From: an uncultured Candidatus Saccharibacteria bacterium
Lineage (GTDB): Bacteria; Patescibacteriota; Minisyncoccia; Phycocordibacterales; DATDWN01
Assembly: GCA_964576615.1 (NCBI GenBank)
Contig: CAZNUU010000001.1
Coordinates: forward strand, 164,226 to 228,225
DNA: 64,000 bases
Direction: 5' to 3'
Shown here: positions 37,151 through 45,505 of the stretch, in pieces
Numbering within the stretch: the stretch's first letter is position 1
Layout: each line of letters begins with the position of its first letter
The notes under the pieces: model-generated
Database searches by the model: none
What the model was told of the DNA's origin: nothing
The model's input: only the letters and a program-made list of their open reading frames with translations
Made by a program: the position numbers and the translations under genes

Positions 37151-38665
37151 ATGCAGAAAGAAAACACACATCTTACAGAGAGGGATCCTGTCGTGGCGAT
37201 AATGGGTCACATCGATCATGGTAAATCCACGCTACTTTCATATATTCGAAAAAGCAATAAACCGCTTGGCGAAGCTGGTGGAATAACTCAGCACGTCTCA
37301 GCGTACGAAGTCGAGCACAAGACAAAAGAGGGTAAAACTCATAAAATCACTTTTATTGATACCCCGGGTCATGAAGCCTTTGGGGGGATAAGAAAAAGAG
37401 GAGCTGGTGTTGCGGACATTGCTATCTTAGTTGTAGCCGGAGATGATGGCGTTAAACCTCAAACCTTAGATGCCTTGAAAGCAATCAAAGCAAGCGGTAC
37501 ACCTTATATTGTTGCGATAAATAAAATAGATAAGCCAGATGTAAATATTGAGAAAACAAAACAAAGCTTGGCAGAGAATGAAATATATATTGAAGGTTAC
37601 GGTGGAGACATACCTTCAGTTTCCGTGTCAGCAAAGACTGGTGAAGGTGTCTCTGAGTTACTAGATTTAATTTCGCTTGCCGCAGAGCTGGAGAATCTAA
37701 AGGGTGATAAAAATAAACTGGCCGAAGGCATTGTTATTGAAAGTAATCGCGACACCAAAAAAGGAATATCCGCTACCTGTATTATAAAAGATGGTAGTCT
37801 AAAAAAAGGTATGTTTGTAACCTCGGGCGAAGCTTCAAGTCCAATTCGGATCATGGAAAATTATCTCGGAAAACCGATAGATAGCGCTTCATTTTCCGCT
37901 CCAGTAAAGATAATCGGTTGGGACTCCATCCCAGAAGTCGGTGCTAAGTTTTCAGCACATAACGAAAGAGAAGAAGCTAGATCTGCAGTTGAGGCTGAGA
38001 AGTCAAAACCAAAAAATAAAAAGGGTGAAAAATTAGAGGAAATCGCAGAGGGAGAAGTTAAGGGCTTAGTCTATCTAGTAATTAAAGCGGACACATCAAG
38101 TAGTCTAGAGGCGATAGTAGGTGAGATCGAGAAAATGCCTAAGGATAAAGTGACGGTAAAAATAATTTCTTCTGGTGTTGGTACAGTCTCGGAAGGTGAT
38201 ATTCGCCTGGCAGATGGTAGCCTAAAATCAACCGTGGTAGGGTTTCAAACCAAAACAGATCCTTTGGCTAAAAACTTGGCCGAGAGAAACTCAATCGAAA
38301 TTCAAAACTTTGATGTTATTTATAAATTAACTGACTGGCTAAAGGAAAAAGTAGAATTAAACGTACCGAAAGTAAAAACTGTAGAAACTATCGGACGTGC
38401 CAAAGTCCTGAAAATATTTAGCAAAGTAAAGGATAGGCAGATAGTAGGAGGAAGAGTTGAAGAAGGTGTAATAGCGCTTGGCTCTATGGTAAAAATCCTG
38501 CGAAAAGATGCAGAAATTGTAGAGGGAAAAATAAAAGAGTTACAACAAAACAAAAAAAATGTAAGTGAAGTCAATGTTGGTAGTGAATTCGGAACATTAA
38601 TTGAAGCTAAAATTGAGATTGCCCCTGGAGATTACATTAAAAGTTTTACTGTTGTTGAAAAATAA
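37151..38665 (+). CDS. infB: translation initiation factor IF-2 (short form).
   Basis: G domain with GHIDHGKSTLL, DTPGHEAF and NKID, plus C-terminal beta-barrels. Confidence 0.9.
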   Translation: MQKENTHLTERDPVVAIMGHIDHGKSTLLSYIRKSNKPLGEAGGITQHVSAYEVEHKTKEGKTHKITFIDTPGHEAFGGIRKRGAGVADIAILVVAGDDGVKPQTLDALKAIKASGTPYIVAINKIDKPDVNIEKTKQSLAENEIYIEGYGGDIPSVSVSAKTGEGVSELLDLISLAAELENLKGDKNKLAEGIVIESNRDTKKGISATCIIKDGSLKKGMFVTSGEASSPIRIMENYLGKPIDSASFSAPVKIIGWDSIPEVGAKFSAHNEREEARSAVEAEKSKPKNKKGEKLEEIAEGEVKGLVYLVIKADTSSSLEAIVGEIEKMPKDKVTVKIISSGVGTVSEGDIRLADGSLKSTVVGFQTKTDPLAKNLAERNSIEIQNFDVIYKLTDWLKEKVELNVPKVKTVETIGRAKVLKIFSKVKDRQIVGGRVEEGVIALGSMVKILRKDAEIVEGKIKELQQNKKNVSEVNVGSEFGTLIEAKIEIAPGDYIKSFTVVEK

Positions 38666-38770
38666 CTTGTCCCGTATTGAAAATGAATGACTCGAATAAT
38701 CATAGTACTATTAAACAATGCAAACCTATTGGATTAACAAGTTGTTTAGTTATAATTTTCTAATACTGGG

Positions 38771-39091
38771 ATGAGCACAAAAGACGAGAGGGTGAAAGAG
38801 ATTTTGAGAGACTTAGGTGCAAGATTTTTGGAATTAAATGCAAACAAAAGTTCCCTACTCACCGTAACGAGAGTTGAATTAACGAAAGACCGAAAACATG
38901 CTACTATCTTTTTTACAGTTTTCCCTGACAATTTAGAGAAAACTGCACTTGAGTTCGCCAAGAGAAAAAGGAGTGAATTTAAGGAATTCGTAATTGAGAA
39001 ATCAAGTCTTGGCCGAGTACCAAACCTGGATTTCCAAATTGACGAAGGAGAAAAAAATCGACAGCGGATAGATAGTCTTCTAAATGAATAA
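38771..39091 (+). CDS. rbfA: ribosome-binding factor A.
   Basis: KH-like VKEILRDLGARFLELN...LTVTRVELTKDRKHATIFF; conserved infB-rbfA order. Confidence 0.8.
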   Translation: MSTKDERVKEILRDLGARFLELNANKSSLLTVTRVELTKDRKHATIFFTVFPDNLEKTALEFAKRKRSEFKEFVIEKSSLGRVPNLDFQIDEGEKNRQRIDSLLNE

Positions 39092-39430
39092 GGCGTAGTA
39101 GCCAAGTAGCATGAGCATAGCGAACTAGTAAAAAGCCAAGGGTCTGCATGCAGACAAATCTGAAATAATTTCAGATAATGAAGAACGAAGTAAATAGTGG
39201 CGTAGTAGCCAAGATAGCAAGGCAAAGGTCTGCAAAACCTTTATGCGGCGGCGCACATCCGCCCTACGCCTCCAGGCGAGGAAGCAAGCAAATTTATTTG
39301 CTTGCTTGCGGATGTGCGAGCCGCAGATATATTTTTTCAGTAGAAAAAATAATCGAGGCGGGGTCGCGAAATTTTGCAAGCGACGGCGAGCAAAATATTT
39401 GTGACCGCATCCGTCTTCGCATTTATATTT
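39092..39430 (+). repeat. GC-rich highly structured region with a tandem imperfect repeat, upstream of tRNA-Leu(TAA).
   Basis: GGCGTAGTAGCCAAGTAGCA...GGTCTGCA repeated at 39094 and 39198; palindrome GTCTGCATGCAGAC; hairpin ATCTGAAAT-aa-TTTCAGAT; 11-bp stem CGCACATCCGC...GCGGATGTGCG enclosing hairpin GCAAGCAAA-ttta-TTTGCTTGC. Confidence 0.4.
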
Positions 39431-39431
39431 T

Positions 39432-39513
39432 GCCCGGATGGCGGAACTGGTATACGCGCACGACTTAAAATCGTGTCTCGCAAGGGATGTGGGTTCGATT
39501 CCCACTCCGGGCA
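39432..39513 (+). tRNA. tRNA-Leu (anticodon TAA).
   Basis: GCCCGGA...anticodon stem CACGA/TCGTG with loop CT-TAA-AA, a long variable arm, T-arm GGGTTCGATTCCC, and acceptor TCCGGGC-A. Confidence 0.8.
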
Positions 39514-39536
39514 CAAATTTCCATTTATTTTAATAA

Positions 39537-39566
39537 TTGACAGATACATATAAACCGTGCTATAAT
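39537..39566 (+). promoter_or_regulatory. consensus sigma-70-type promoter with a strong Shine-Dalgarno, driving the GC-rich ORF at 39586.
   Basis: TTGACA (39537-42), 18-bp spacer, TATAAT (39561-66), then AAGGAGG (39572-78) 7 nt before the ATG. Confidence 0.6.
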
Positions 39567-39585
39567 TGAAAAAGGAGGCAGACTC

Positions 39586-39915
39586 ATGGAACTTGTTCCG
39601 TACCACCTGGCAGCCATCGTGGCTGGTCAGATCGCGCAGCAGGACTTCAGGGTAACCCTCAGCGAGTACATCTCGCGTAAAGGAAGCCCTTGGGTCATCA
39701 CCGTCGGGGAATCCTACTGGCAACGGCACCTGGTGATCGAAACGGTCATCCATGGTGGCAACGATGCCACGTTGGCGATTCTCGCCAACGAACAGTCAGT
39801 CTTGCGTACCCTCGACATCGACACGACGAAGGTCGACCGCAGGGTCTCGCTCAAGGAGCTCCTCGCCGGACGCTACAGTGGCATAAGGCAGGCTCTCGAT
39901 GCCGTTCATGCGTAG
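39586..39915 (+). CDS. hypothetical protein (109 aa), strongly GC-rich cargo gene.
   Basis: ORF with a perfect promoter and RBS, followed by two hairpins (39929-39955 and 39964-39995); no recognisable motif. Confidence 0.45.
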   Translation: MELVPYHLAAIVAGQIAQQDFRVTLSEYISRKGSPWVITVGESYWQRHLVIETVIHGGNDATLAILANEQSVLRTLDIDTTKVDRRVSLKELLAGRYSGIRQALDAVHA

Positions 39916-40000
39916 CGATGTTCGAAACGAGTGGGAGAGATGTATTCTCCCACTCGGCACTCTCGATAATTCAGAAGAGTTATCGGGATTTTTTGTATTT

Positions 40001-40039
40001 AAAAATCAATAGCCGAGAAACGTGAACCGTTTCTCGGCT
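40001..40039 (-). terminator. Rho-independent terminator for the minus-strand gene 40054..40671.
   Basis: 12-bp stem AGCCGAGAAACG/CGTTTCTCGGCT followed on the minus strand by a T-run. Confidence 0.65.
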
Positions 40040-40053
40040 AGAAGCTCAACCAC

Positions 40054-40671
40054 TTACGGGACCTCCCTACGAACGTGATAAGCCCCCCTGAGAAGAGAAG
40101 CTGAGATCACAAATAACGTGAGCGTAGAGAAGCACCAGAAAATGATCTTTGGTAGATCATCAGCTGGTGGGAGTCCAGTCCGCAGTAAGAGCCCTGAAAT
40201 GAACAGTGCTCCGACTGTAAACGCCGCCGCCATACCTTCGAATCGCAGAATCTCCTTACGCTGATAAGACCTTTGAGGCCTCGACAGCATTCCAATGGCG
40301 AGAGCCACCAGCAAGACTGTTGAGATTGTGATCACAACATCAGGAACTTCAAAACCAAACCAGCTTTTGAAAATCCTGATGATGAAGGGCTGCGGAACTC
40401 CCCCAATCCAGTTATCCTTGACGAATTCGGGATTGGAGAGACCTCGCAGGTAGGCCGAGAGCAGAGTGAGAGGACAGATGAAGTTGAACGGAATTTGCGC
40501 AAGACCGACTGTGATCAGGACAGCTCGATTGTACTTGAAGATCCTCGAGTAGCGAGAAGACAACGCAAAAAATGGACCAACTGCCATACCCACCATGATT
40601 ACAAGCACGACGAGGTGGAAAAAATCCACCAACATAGCCAGCCTTTCATAGAAGTTCATAACTTCCTCCAT
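40054..40671 (-). CDS. hypothetical polytopic membrane protein, GC-enriched, directly 3' of tRNA-Lys.
   Basis: 205 aa with about 5 TM helices. Confidence 0.4.
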   Translation of the reverse strand: MEEVMNFYERLAMLVDFFHLVVLVIMVGMAVGPFFALSSRYSRIFKYNRAVLITVGLAQIPFNFICPLTLLSAYLRGLSNPEFVKDNWIGGVPQPFIIRIFKSWFGFEVPDVVITISTVLLVALAIGMLSRPQRSYQRKEILRFEGMAAAFTVGALFISGLLLRTGLPPADDLPKIIFWCFSTLTLFVISASLLRGAYHVRREVP

Positions 40672-40723
40672 TGCGGATAATACGATTTAAATCGCTAATG
40701 TCAAATTCAGAAAAAACTTATTA

Positions 40724-40800
40724 GTGGTGCGCCCACCAGGGATCGAACCTGGGACATTCTCCTTAAGAGGGAGCTACTCTACCAGCTGAGTTATGGGCGC
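40724..40800 (-). tRNA. tRNA-Lys (anticodon CTT) with encoded CCA.
   Basis: The reverse complement gives GCGCCCATAACTCAGCTGGTAGAGTAGCTCC-CTCTTAA-GGAGAATGTCCCAGGTTCGATCCCTGGTGGGCGCACCA. Confidence 0.85.
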
Positions 40801-40839
40801 AGTATTTTTATTATACTCACTTTTATTCAGACTTCAATT

Positions 40840-40871
40840 TCTATATCATACGATATATCGTATGATATAGA
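40840..40871. promoter_or_regulatory. 32-bp perfect palindrome (operator-like), copy 1.
   Basis: TCTATATCATACGATATATCGTATGATATAGA, 2 nt beyond the regulator stop and about 40 nt upstream of the tRNA-Lys 5' end. Confidence 0.6.
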
Positions 40872-40872
40872 T

Positions 40873-41259
40873 TTAAAATTGCAAAAAATGTTTAAATCTA
40901 TCTCTGCCAACTCTAGGAGGTATTATTTTTTTGATTAATGTTTGGAAACTTTTTTGAAGCTTTATTTCTTTTATAATATTGTCATACTTCCCTATCTCAT
41001 AGCTATCTGAGATTCTGGCTACGGTCGATGGACTAACTTGTAATATATTTTCAATTGCATAAGAAGTTTCACCCTCATCAATCATAACTATCATAGCCAG
41101 TCTTTTAGCAAGCATTATTTTCTCTGTTTTGGTCAATACCTCATCAAAAAATACTTTTGTTTTACCAGACCGAACAAGATTTTGAATATTTTTATACAGT
41201 TGCTTGTTTATTTCTATAAATTTATTCCTTTCTAATAATTTTTTTGAAATATGTGGCAT
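40873..41259 (-). CDS. TrpR-family YerC/YecD-like HTH DNA-binding protein.
   Basis: ...VFFDEVLTKTEKIMLAKRLAMIVMIDEGETSYAIENILQVSPSTVARISD... matches the YerC pattern (FFDDLLTPNE...LAKRL...GxTYxEIxxxTGxSxxTVxR). Confidence 0.5.
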   Translation of the reverse strand: MPHISKKLLERNKFIEINKQLYKNIQNLVRSGKTKVFFDEVLTKTEKIMLAKRLAMIVMIDEGETSYAIENILQVSPSTVARISDSYEIGKYDNIIKEIKLQKSFQTLIKKIIPPRVGRDRFKHFLQF

Positions 41260-41264
41260 TTATA

Positions 41265-41288
41265 TATCATACGATATATCGTATGATA
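41265..41288. promoter_or_regulatory. 24-bp perfect palindrome (operator-like), copy 2, identical core to copy 1.
   Basis: TATCATACGATATATCGTATGATA, 5 nt upstream of the regulator ATG and about 50 nt upstream of tRNA-Leu(TAG). Confidence 0.6.
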
Positions 41289-41339
41289 AGAACAACTAGT
41301 TATATTGGGATGTTTGTGATATATTTCCTCTATTAATTT

Positions 41340-41420
41340 GGGCGAGTGGTGAAATGGCAGACACGCATGCCTTAGGAGCATGTCCCGCAAGGGGTGGAGG
41401 TTCAAGTCCTCTCTCGCCCA
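41340..41420 (+). tRNA. tRNA-Leu (anticodon TAG).
   Basis: GGGCGAG...anticodon stem CATGC/GCATG with loop CT-TAG-GA, long variable arm TCCCGCAAGGGGTG, T-arm GGAGGTTCAAGTCCTCT; followed by terminator AAACTGGC-gttca-GCCAGTTTTTG (41425-41449). Confidence 0.8.
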
Positions 41421-41617
41421 CAAGAAACTGGCGTTCAGCCAGTTTTTGTGCGGACTAGAGAGGACTTGAAGACCGATTGAGATATTTTTGGAGTTACGAG
41501 CAAAAATATCCAATTGGGATACTGATCGTGTAACGATCAAGTCCGCTTGCTAAAAATAGTTCCTGAACTATTTGACTTTTTTTAAAAAATCGATAGATTG
41601 GCCGAAGAGAGGATGAC

Positions 41618-41851
41618 ATGGCAAACAGAAAACCACGTCGCCGAGCTTCAGAAAGACTCATTCGGATAACCACAGATCTGGAGAAGGAAGACTACCAAGA
41701 TCTAATGGATCTAGGACGCAAGCGGCTTGCCTCGAGCCAGGCTGTCCTGGTGCGCAAAGCAATTCGACTCCTTGCGGCACTGGAAAAGGGGGAGATCTTC
41801 CTCACAACACGAAATGGAGAAAAAATACCCAAGTCAGTGATCTTCTCCTAA
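41618..41851 (+). CDS. small ribbon-helix-helix (CopG/Arc/ParD-like) protein, GC-enriched.
   Basis: Beta-strand ERLIRITTDL followed by two helices (EDYQDLMDLGRK, SSQAVLVRKAIRLLAA); terminator at 41871-41900. Confidence 0.4.
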   Translation: MANRKPRRRASERLIRITTDLEKEDYQDLMDLGRKRLASSQAVLVRKAIRLLAALEKGEIFLTTRNGEKIPKSVIFS

Positions 41852-41884
41852 TACGAGGTTCTGAACCAGAAACCGGCACAACGC

Positions 41885-42367
41885 GTGTCGGTTTTCATTT
41901 ATGTTACAATTTATAAAGCAATGCATTCTCACTACAGAAAATTGACAGTGATGGTTATCCTCTCTTTTGTTGCGATGTATTTTCTCATGTTTGCAATGGT
42001 GAATACTTTCGATAATGTTTTCATTGGCATAAACCAGTTCTATATGGCAGGCCTCATGACTTCGGCAATGGTTTTAATTGAACTTGGGATAATGGGTTCA
42101 ATGTATGGAAACAAAAGAGTAAATACAATTATTTGTATCGTAAGTCTTGTAGCGTTAGTTGGTTTCTGGTCAGCGATAAGAAGTCAGCACGCAATCAGAG
42201 ATAGAGAATTTTTGAAATCGATGATTCCCCACCACGCGGGCGCTATACTTATGTGTAGTGAGGCAAAGTTAAGTGACCCAGATGTAATAAAACTTTGTCA
42301 AAATATTATAAAAGGTCAGCAAAGTGAGATTGATTTTATGAAATTAAAACTTAATCAAACAAAATAA
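41885..42367 (+). CDS. DUF305-family membrane protein.
   Basis: MIPHHAGAILMC matches the DUF305 HH motif; three TM helices. Confidence 0.5.
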   Translation: MSVFIYVTIYKAMHSHYRKLTVMVILSFVAMYFLMFAMVNTFDNVFIGINQFYMAGLMTSAMVLIELGIMGSMYGNKRVNTIICIVSLVALVGFWSAIRSQHAIRDREFLKSMIPHHAGAILMCSEAKLSDPDVIKLCQNIIKGQQSEIDFMKLKLNQTK

Positions 42368-42368
42368 A

Positions 42369-42569
42369 ATGACATACCCAGAATTTGTAGAGGAACTTAT
42401 AAATCGTTTCGGAGAGCAAGGAGTTTTAATGGCCTTGCGCGCAGAAGTTGGATTCCTACGACGTTTTATGGAAAAGCAAAATTTTCCGGACTTTCAAAAG
42501 GATCAAGAAAAAATGATTGAGGATTTCCTAGATCGCCACCCAAAAGGCCATCAAATGAGACATCATTAA
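42369..42569 (+). CDS. small hypothetical protein coupled to the DUF305 gene.
   Basis: 66 aa; 1-nt gap after the upstream stop. Confidence 0.3.
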   Translation: MTYPEFVEELINRFGEQGVLMALRAEVGFLRRFMEKQNFPDFQKDQEKMIEDFLDRHPKGHQMRHH

Positions 42570-42715
42570 TTCTGCCTAATTCTAACTTTATTATTAGCCA
42601 TATTTTTCCCTTTTCCATACTTGACTTTTAGATATTTTGTGATACAATGGCCCTAGGGTTGGGTCGGAATTTTCGACCTTTAACATATATGCAAGTTACT
42701 TGAGAGGAGAGAGAT

Positions 42716-43936
42716 ATGAATGGTGTGAGACCACAGCGACTTCCGGAGAGCCACGCGAAAGCGGCGCTCATCCTGATGGTCGCACTCGTGGTGAATCTGG
42801 CGCTTTTCGGGACAGCGGTCCTCATGATCCTCTTCGGAAGAAGTACGGGATCGTGGTGGGATACGCTTTCACAGGTCAACTTGGAAACGGGAGGGGTCTT
42901 GATCCTTCTCATCCAAGTCTTTCACGCTTTAAACAGCGTGAAGAACGTGAACCTCAACCAGCAGGCAATTCTGCTGCTGTTTGGGGCATTCGTGAAGTAC
43001 GTCGAGCCGGGGCTCATTTATGTGCCCTGGGGTTTCTGCAGGTTGCTTCGAGCGACCACCGAGACGATCGAGAAAGACGTCCCGGCAGACTCACGGTTCA
43101 TAGACCACAGCGATGTTACCGATCAGACCACCGGTGGAACGGGAGTAATCCGAAAGGGCTACTTCCCTCCCATTCGAGTGACCTTTGCACCAGCAAAGGC
43201 TGCGGAAACAATCGAGGTGGGCGGTGAGAGGATCACGATTCCGGCGGACGATCCCTACGGCAAGAGAAATACTGCCGAAGTGGAGTTCTCCTACGGTTTC
43301 GAGATCTACGACTACGCGCGAGTGGTAAAGCGGTTCGGCACTGACGATCCAATCGGCAAGGCCAAGAACCAGCTGGACGACGTCGGCATCGGAGTCGTAA
43401 ACGACGAGTTGTCGCGAATGACAACCGCCAGAGCGATGATGAGTCAATCAGCGGTAGCGAACAAGATCCGGGATACTCAGTCTACCGAATCGGCAGACTG
43501 GGGAGTTCAGATCCTCTTCGTTCGCTTGAAGCCGTTTGGGTTCAGTCACAAACTGAACACTGCGGTCAGACAAGCAGCGGAGTCGTTTGCGCTGAAACAG
43601 GCAGTCGTCGTCGCCTCAGAAGGCGAACGTGAGAGACTCACCAACGTCGGCACGGGCACAGCAGAAGCAGAACGTCTGCTTTTGGAGGCACGGGCCAAGG
43701 GTGAAGCGGCGCTCGCCAAGGTCGCAGAGACACCTGGTGGCAAGTACGCCATGGCGGTCCGAGAAATCGGGCAGGCTGTGACGGCTGCCAGGGCAGTCGT
43801 CGTTCCGGGAGATAATCTCCTCGGAGCGGTGGCAAGTGCTGCGGCACTGGTCAAACAAGTCGGTGACGTAACGGAAACCGGCACAACCGGCTCAGCAAGC
43901 GGAAGCAACACGCGACCGCCTGCATCGAGACCATGA
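42716..43936 (+). CDS. SPFH/band-7 (stomatin/flotillin-like) membrane protein, strongly GC-rich.
   Basis: N-terminal TM, then AILLLFGAFVKYVEPGLIYVPWGFCRLL...(SPFH core) and a flotillin-like Ala/Glu coiled coil ERLLLEARAKGEAALAKVAE. Confidence 0.6.
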   Translation: MNGVRPQRLPESHAKAALILMVALVVNLALFGTAVLMILFGRSTGSWWDTLSQVNLETGGVLILLIQVFHALNSVKNVNLNQQAILLLFGAFVKYVEPGLIYVPWGFCRLLRATTETIEKDVPADSRFIDHSDVTDQTTGGTGVIRKGYFPPIRVTFAPAKAAETIEVGGERITIPADDPYGKRNTAEVEFSYGFEIYDYARVVKRFGTDDPIGKAKNQLDDVGIGVVNDELSRMTTARAMMSQSAVANKIRDTQSTESADWGVQILFVRLKPFGFSHKLNTAVRQAAESFALKQAVVVASEGERERLTNVGTGTAEAERLLLEARAKGEAALAKVAETPGGKYAMAVREIGQAVTAARAVVVPGDNLLGAVASAAALVKQVGDVTETGTTGSASGSNTRPPASRP

Positions 43937-43946
43937 GGTGTGAGAG

Positions 43947-44714
43947 ATGATCATCGCAGCGGTCGTCGTGGTGCTCGCAGCCATTTACATTTGGCTGCGA
44001 GCACAACAAGATCGAGACAGCAGAGGTATTGCGCGGGAGAGGCAGGAAGCCCCTCCCGACCAGGCAGATACGCCCCCGCAACCCGAAAGGGATGCGGATG
44101 GCGACTTCCCTTGGTACAAGTGGTGGAAGAGGCCCGGGTGGTGGAAAGAGAACATCTTTACCATTCCACTCGGAATCCTCCTCGGCCACATCATCGTCGC
44201 TGTCGCGACTCCAGATTTGTACTTCGAGTACATCTGGAGTTCGTGGCAGTTCTGGGCGCTGCAAGCGGTGATCGTTATCGCCGCCTGGATGATTCCGCAA
44301 GGAAATGTCCAGTACCATCCGAAGCTTGGCAAGATCATTGTCGTTACCGCTCTGCTAGCTGTTGTATATGTCTGGGGAAACAAAGCCCTGGATGATGCAC
44401 AGAAAAGCGCAGCGGCATCGAACAATGCTCAAGCCAGCTCATCGACCCAGAACACCCCGCCACCGAACAACGGAGGCAGGATCGTGATCACCGCCCCGCC
44501 GGTCTCGCAAGAGCCGACGGGTCGCATCGCACTACCACCGAGAGCCGTGCTCTCGGCGAACAAGCCGTTCACAATTTTTCAACTCGACGAGAGGGGAAAA
44601 GAGGCCTCCTACGACGGAGGTCCGGGCATGGAGGGGGTTCATCTCCCGCCATCTCCCTACGCCAGGTTCCGGTCAAAATCAGAAGAACCGGTCCTGATAA
44701 CCTTCATCCAGTAA
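43947..44714 (+). CDS. polytopic membrane protein, possible NfeD-like SPFH partner, GC-rich.
   Basis: 4 TM helices plus a C-terminal soluble beta-rich segment; followed by terminator CCCCCCCGCA-tacg-TGCGGGGGGG (44742-44765). Confidence 0.35.
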   Translation: MIIAAVVVVLAAIYIWLRAQQDRDSRGIARERQEAPPDQADTPPQPERDADGDFPWYKWWKRPGWWKENIFTIPLGILLGHIIVAVATPDLYFEYIWSSWQFWALQAVIVIAAWMIPQGNVQYHPKLGKIIVVTALLAVVYVWGNKALDDAQKSAAASNNAQASSSTQNTPPPNNGGRIVITAPPVSQEPTGRIALPPRAVLSANKPFTIFQLDERGKEASYDGGPGMEGVHLPPSPYARFRSKSEEPVLITFIQ

Positions 44715-44780
44715 CTGTACGCAGTTTGTACATTCATATAGCCCCCCCGCATACGTGCGGGGGGGATTCGTTTATACGAG

Positions 44781-45065
44781 TTAGAGATTTAGAAACGATC
44801 TAGCCGTAGGAACATCACTTGGCGCAATGCCAAAAGTATCGAGGGTGAATTTTATAAGACCGTAGACAGAAAACATTATAACTAGACCCACAATACTCCA
44901 GAGTATTGCATTACGAGCCTCGTCCCTATCCGTAGAGTCAGCACCGAGCCTGAGAAATCGAACAACACTGTAGAAAAAATATGCAAAGGCTAGGGCAAAG
45001 CCGAGCGTAATTATGGGATTGAGAATAACACTATTTACATTATAGAGAAAAGTCGTGATAGTCAC
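44781..45065 (-). CDS. pilin-like small membrane protein, paralog A (no signal peptide; possibly truncated).
   Basis: Shares the two-helix core LxFALAFAYFFYSV...AILWSIVGLVIMFSVYGL with five upstream paralogs. Confidence 0.4.
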   Translation of the reverse strand: MTITTFLYNVNSVILNPIITLGFALAFAYFFYSVVRFLRLGADSTDRDEARNAILWSIVGLVIMFSVYGLIKFTLDTFGIAPSDVPTARSFLNL

Positions 45066-45073
45066 GAGAAACT

Positions 45074-45421
45074 TTATGAGTTAGGAAGCTTAGGTAGGTT
45101 GATGTTTGTATCTGTAAGACCAAACGTATTAACCAAGAAGTTGATTAGACCGTAGACAGCAATCATCACAGCCAAAGCTACGACACCCCAGATCATTATA
45201 CTTCTTCCCTCTGCAGCAGCCTTTGGATCGCTACCAACATTTCGGATGTATTTAATAAGACCCCAGAAGAAGTAGATAATAGCTAGACCGAAAAGAATCG
45301 GCAGTACTCGATCTAATACCTCTGTCTTAAACTGACTAAGTAAAGTACCCAGACCAGTTAGGCTTGCGGCAAAAGCCAAGGCAGGGCCAAAAACTAACAC
45401 TGAATAAGCAATTTTTTTCAT
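45074..45421 (-). CDS. VirB2/TrbC-like pilin-family small membrane protein, paralog B.
   Basis: Sec signal peptide (…ALAFA), then hydrophobic helix 1 (PILFGLAIIYFFWGLIKYI), polar loop (NVGSDPKAAAEGRS) and helix 2 (IMIWGVVALAVMIAVYGL). Confidence 0.45.
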   Translation of the reverse strand: MKKIAYSVLVFGPALAFAASLTGLGTLLSQFKTEVLDRVLPILFGLAIIYFFWGLIKYIRNVGSDPKAAAEGRSIMIWGVVALAVMIAVYGLINFLVNTFGLTDTNINLPKLPNS

Positions 45422-45505
45422 ATCTTAATGTAAATAACCTGTAATATCTTAATTATATAGTAAATAGTAAGGAAAACAAGCTAGTTGTGGATAAAAAGAA
45501 TAGCG

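Noticed and set aside
38746-39225. 159-aa minus-strand ORF antisense to rbfA.
   Set aside because: Antisense shadow of a well-supported rbfA gene.
39125-39514. ORFs 39125..39514(-) and 39178..39468(+).
   Set aside because: Overlap tRNA-Leu(TAA) and the hairpin-rich repeat region; the translations are low-complexity.
41232-41540. 102-aa minus-strand ORF.
   Set aside because: Overlaps tRNA-Leu(TAG) and its terminator.
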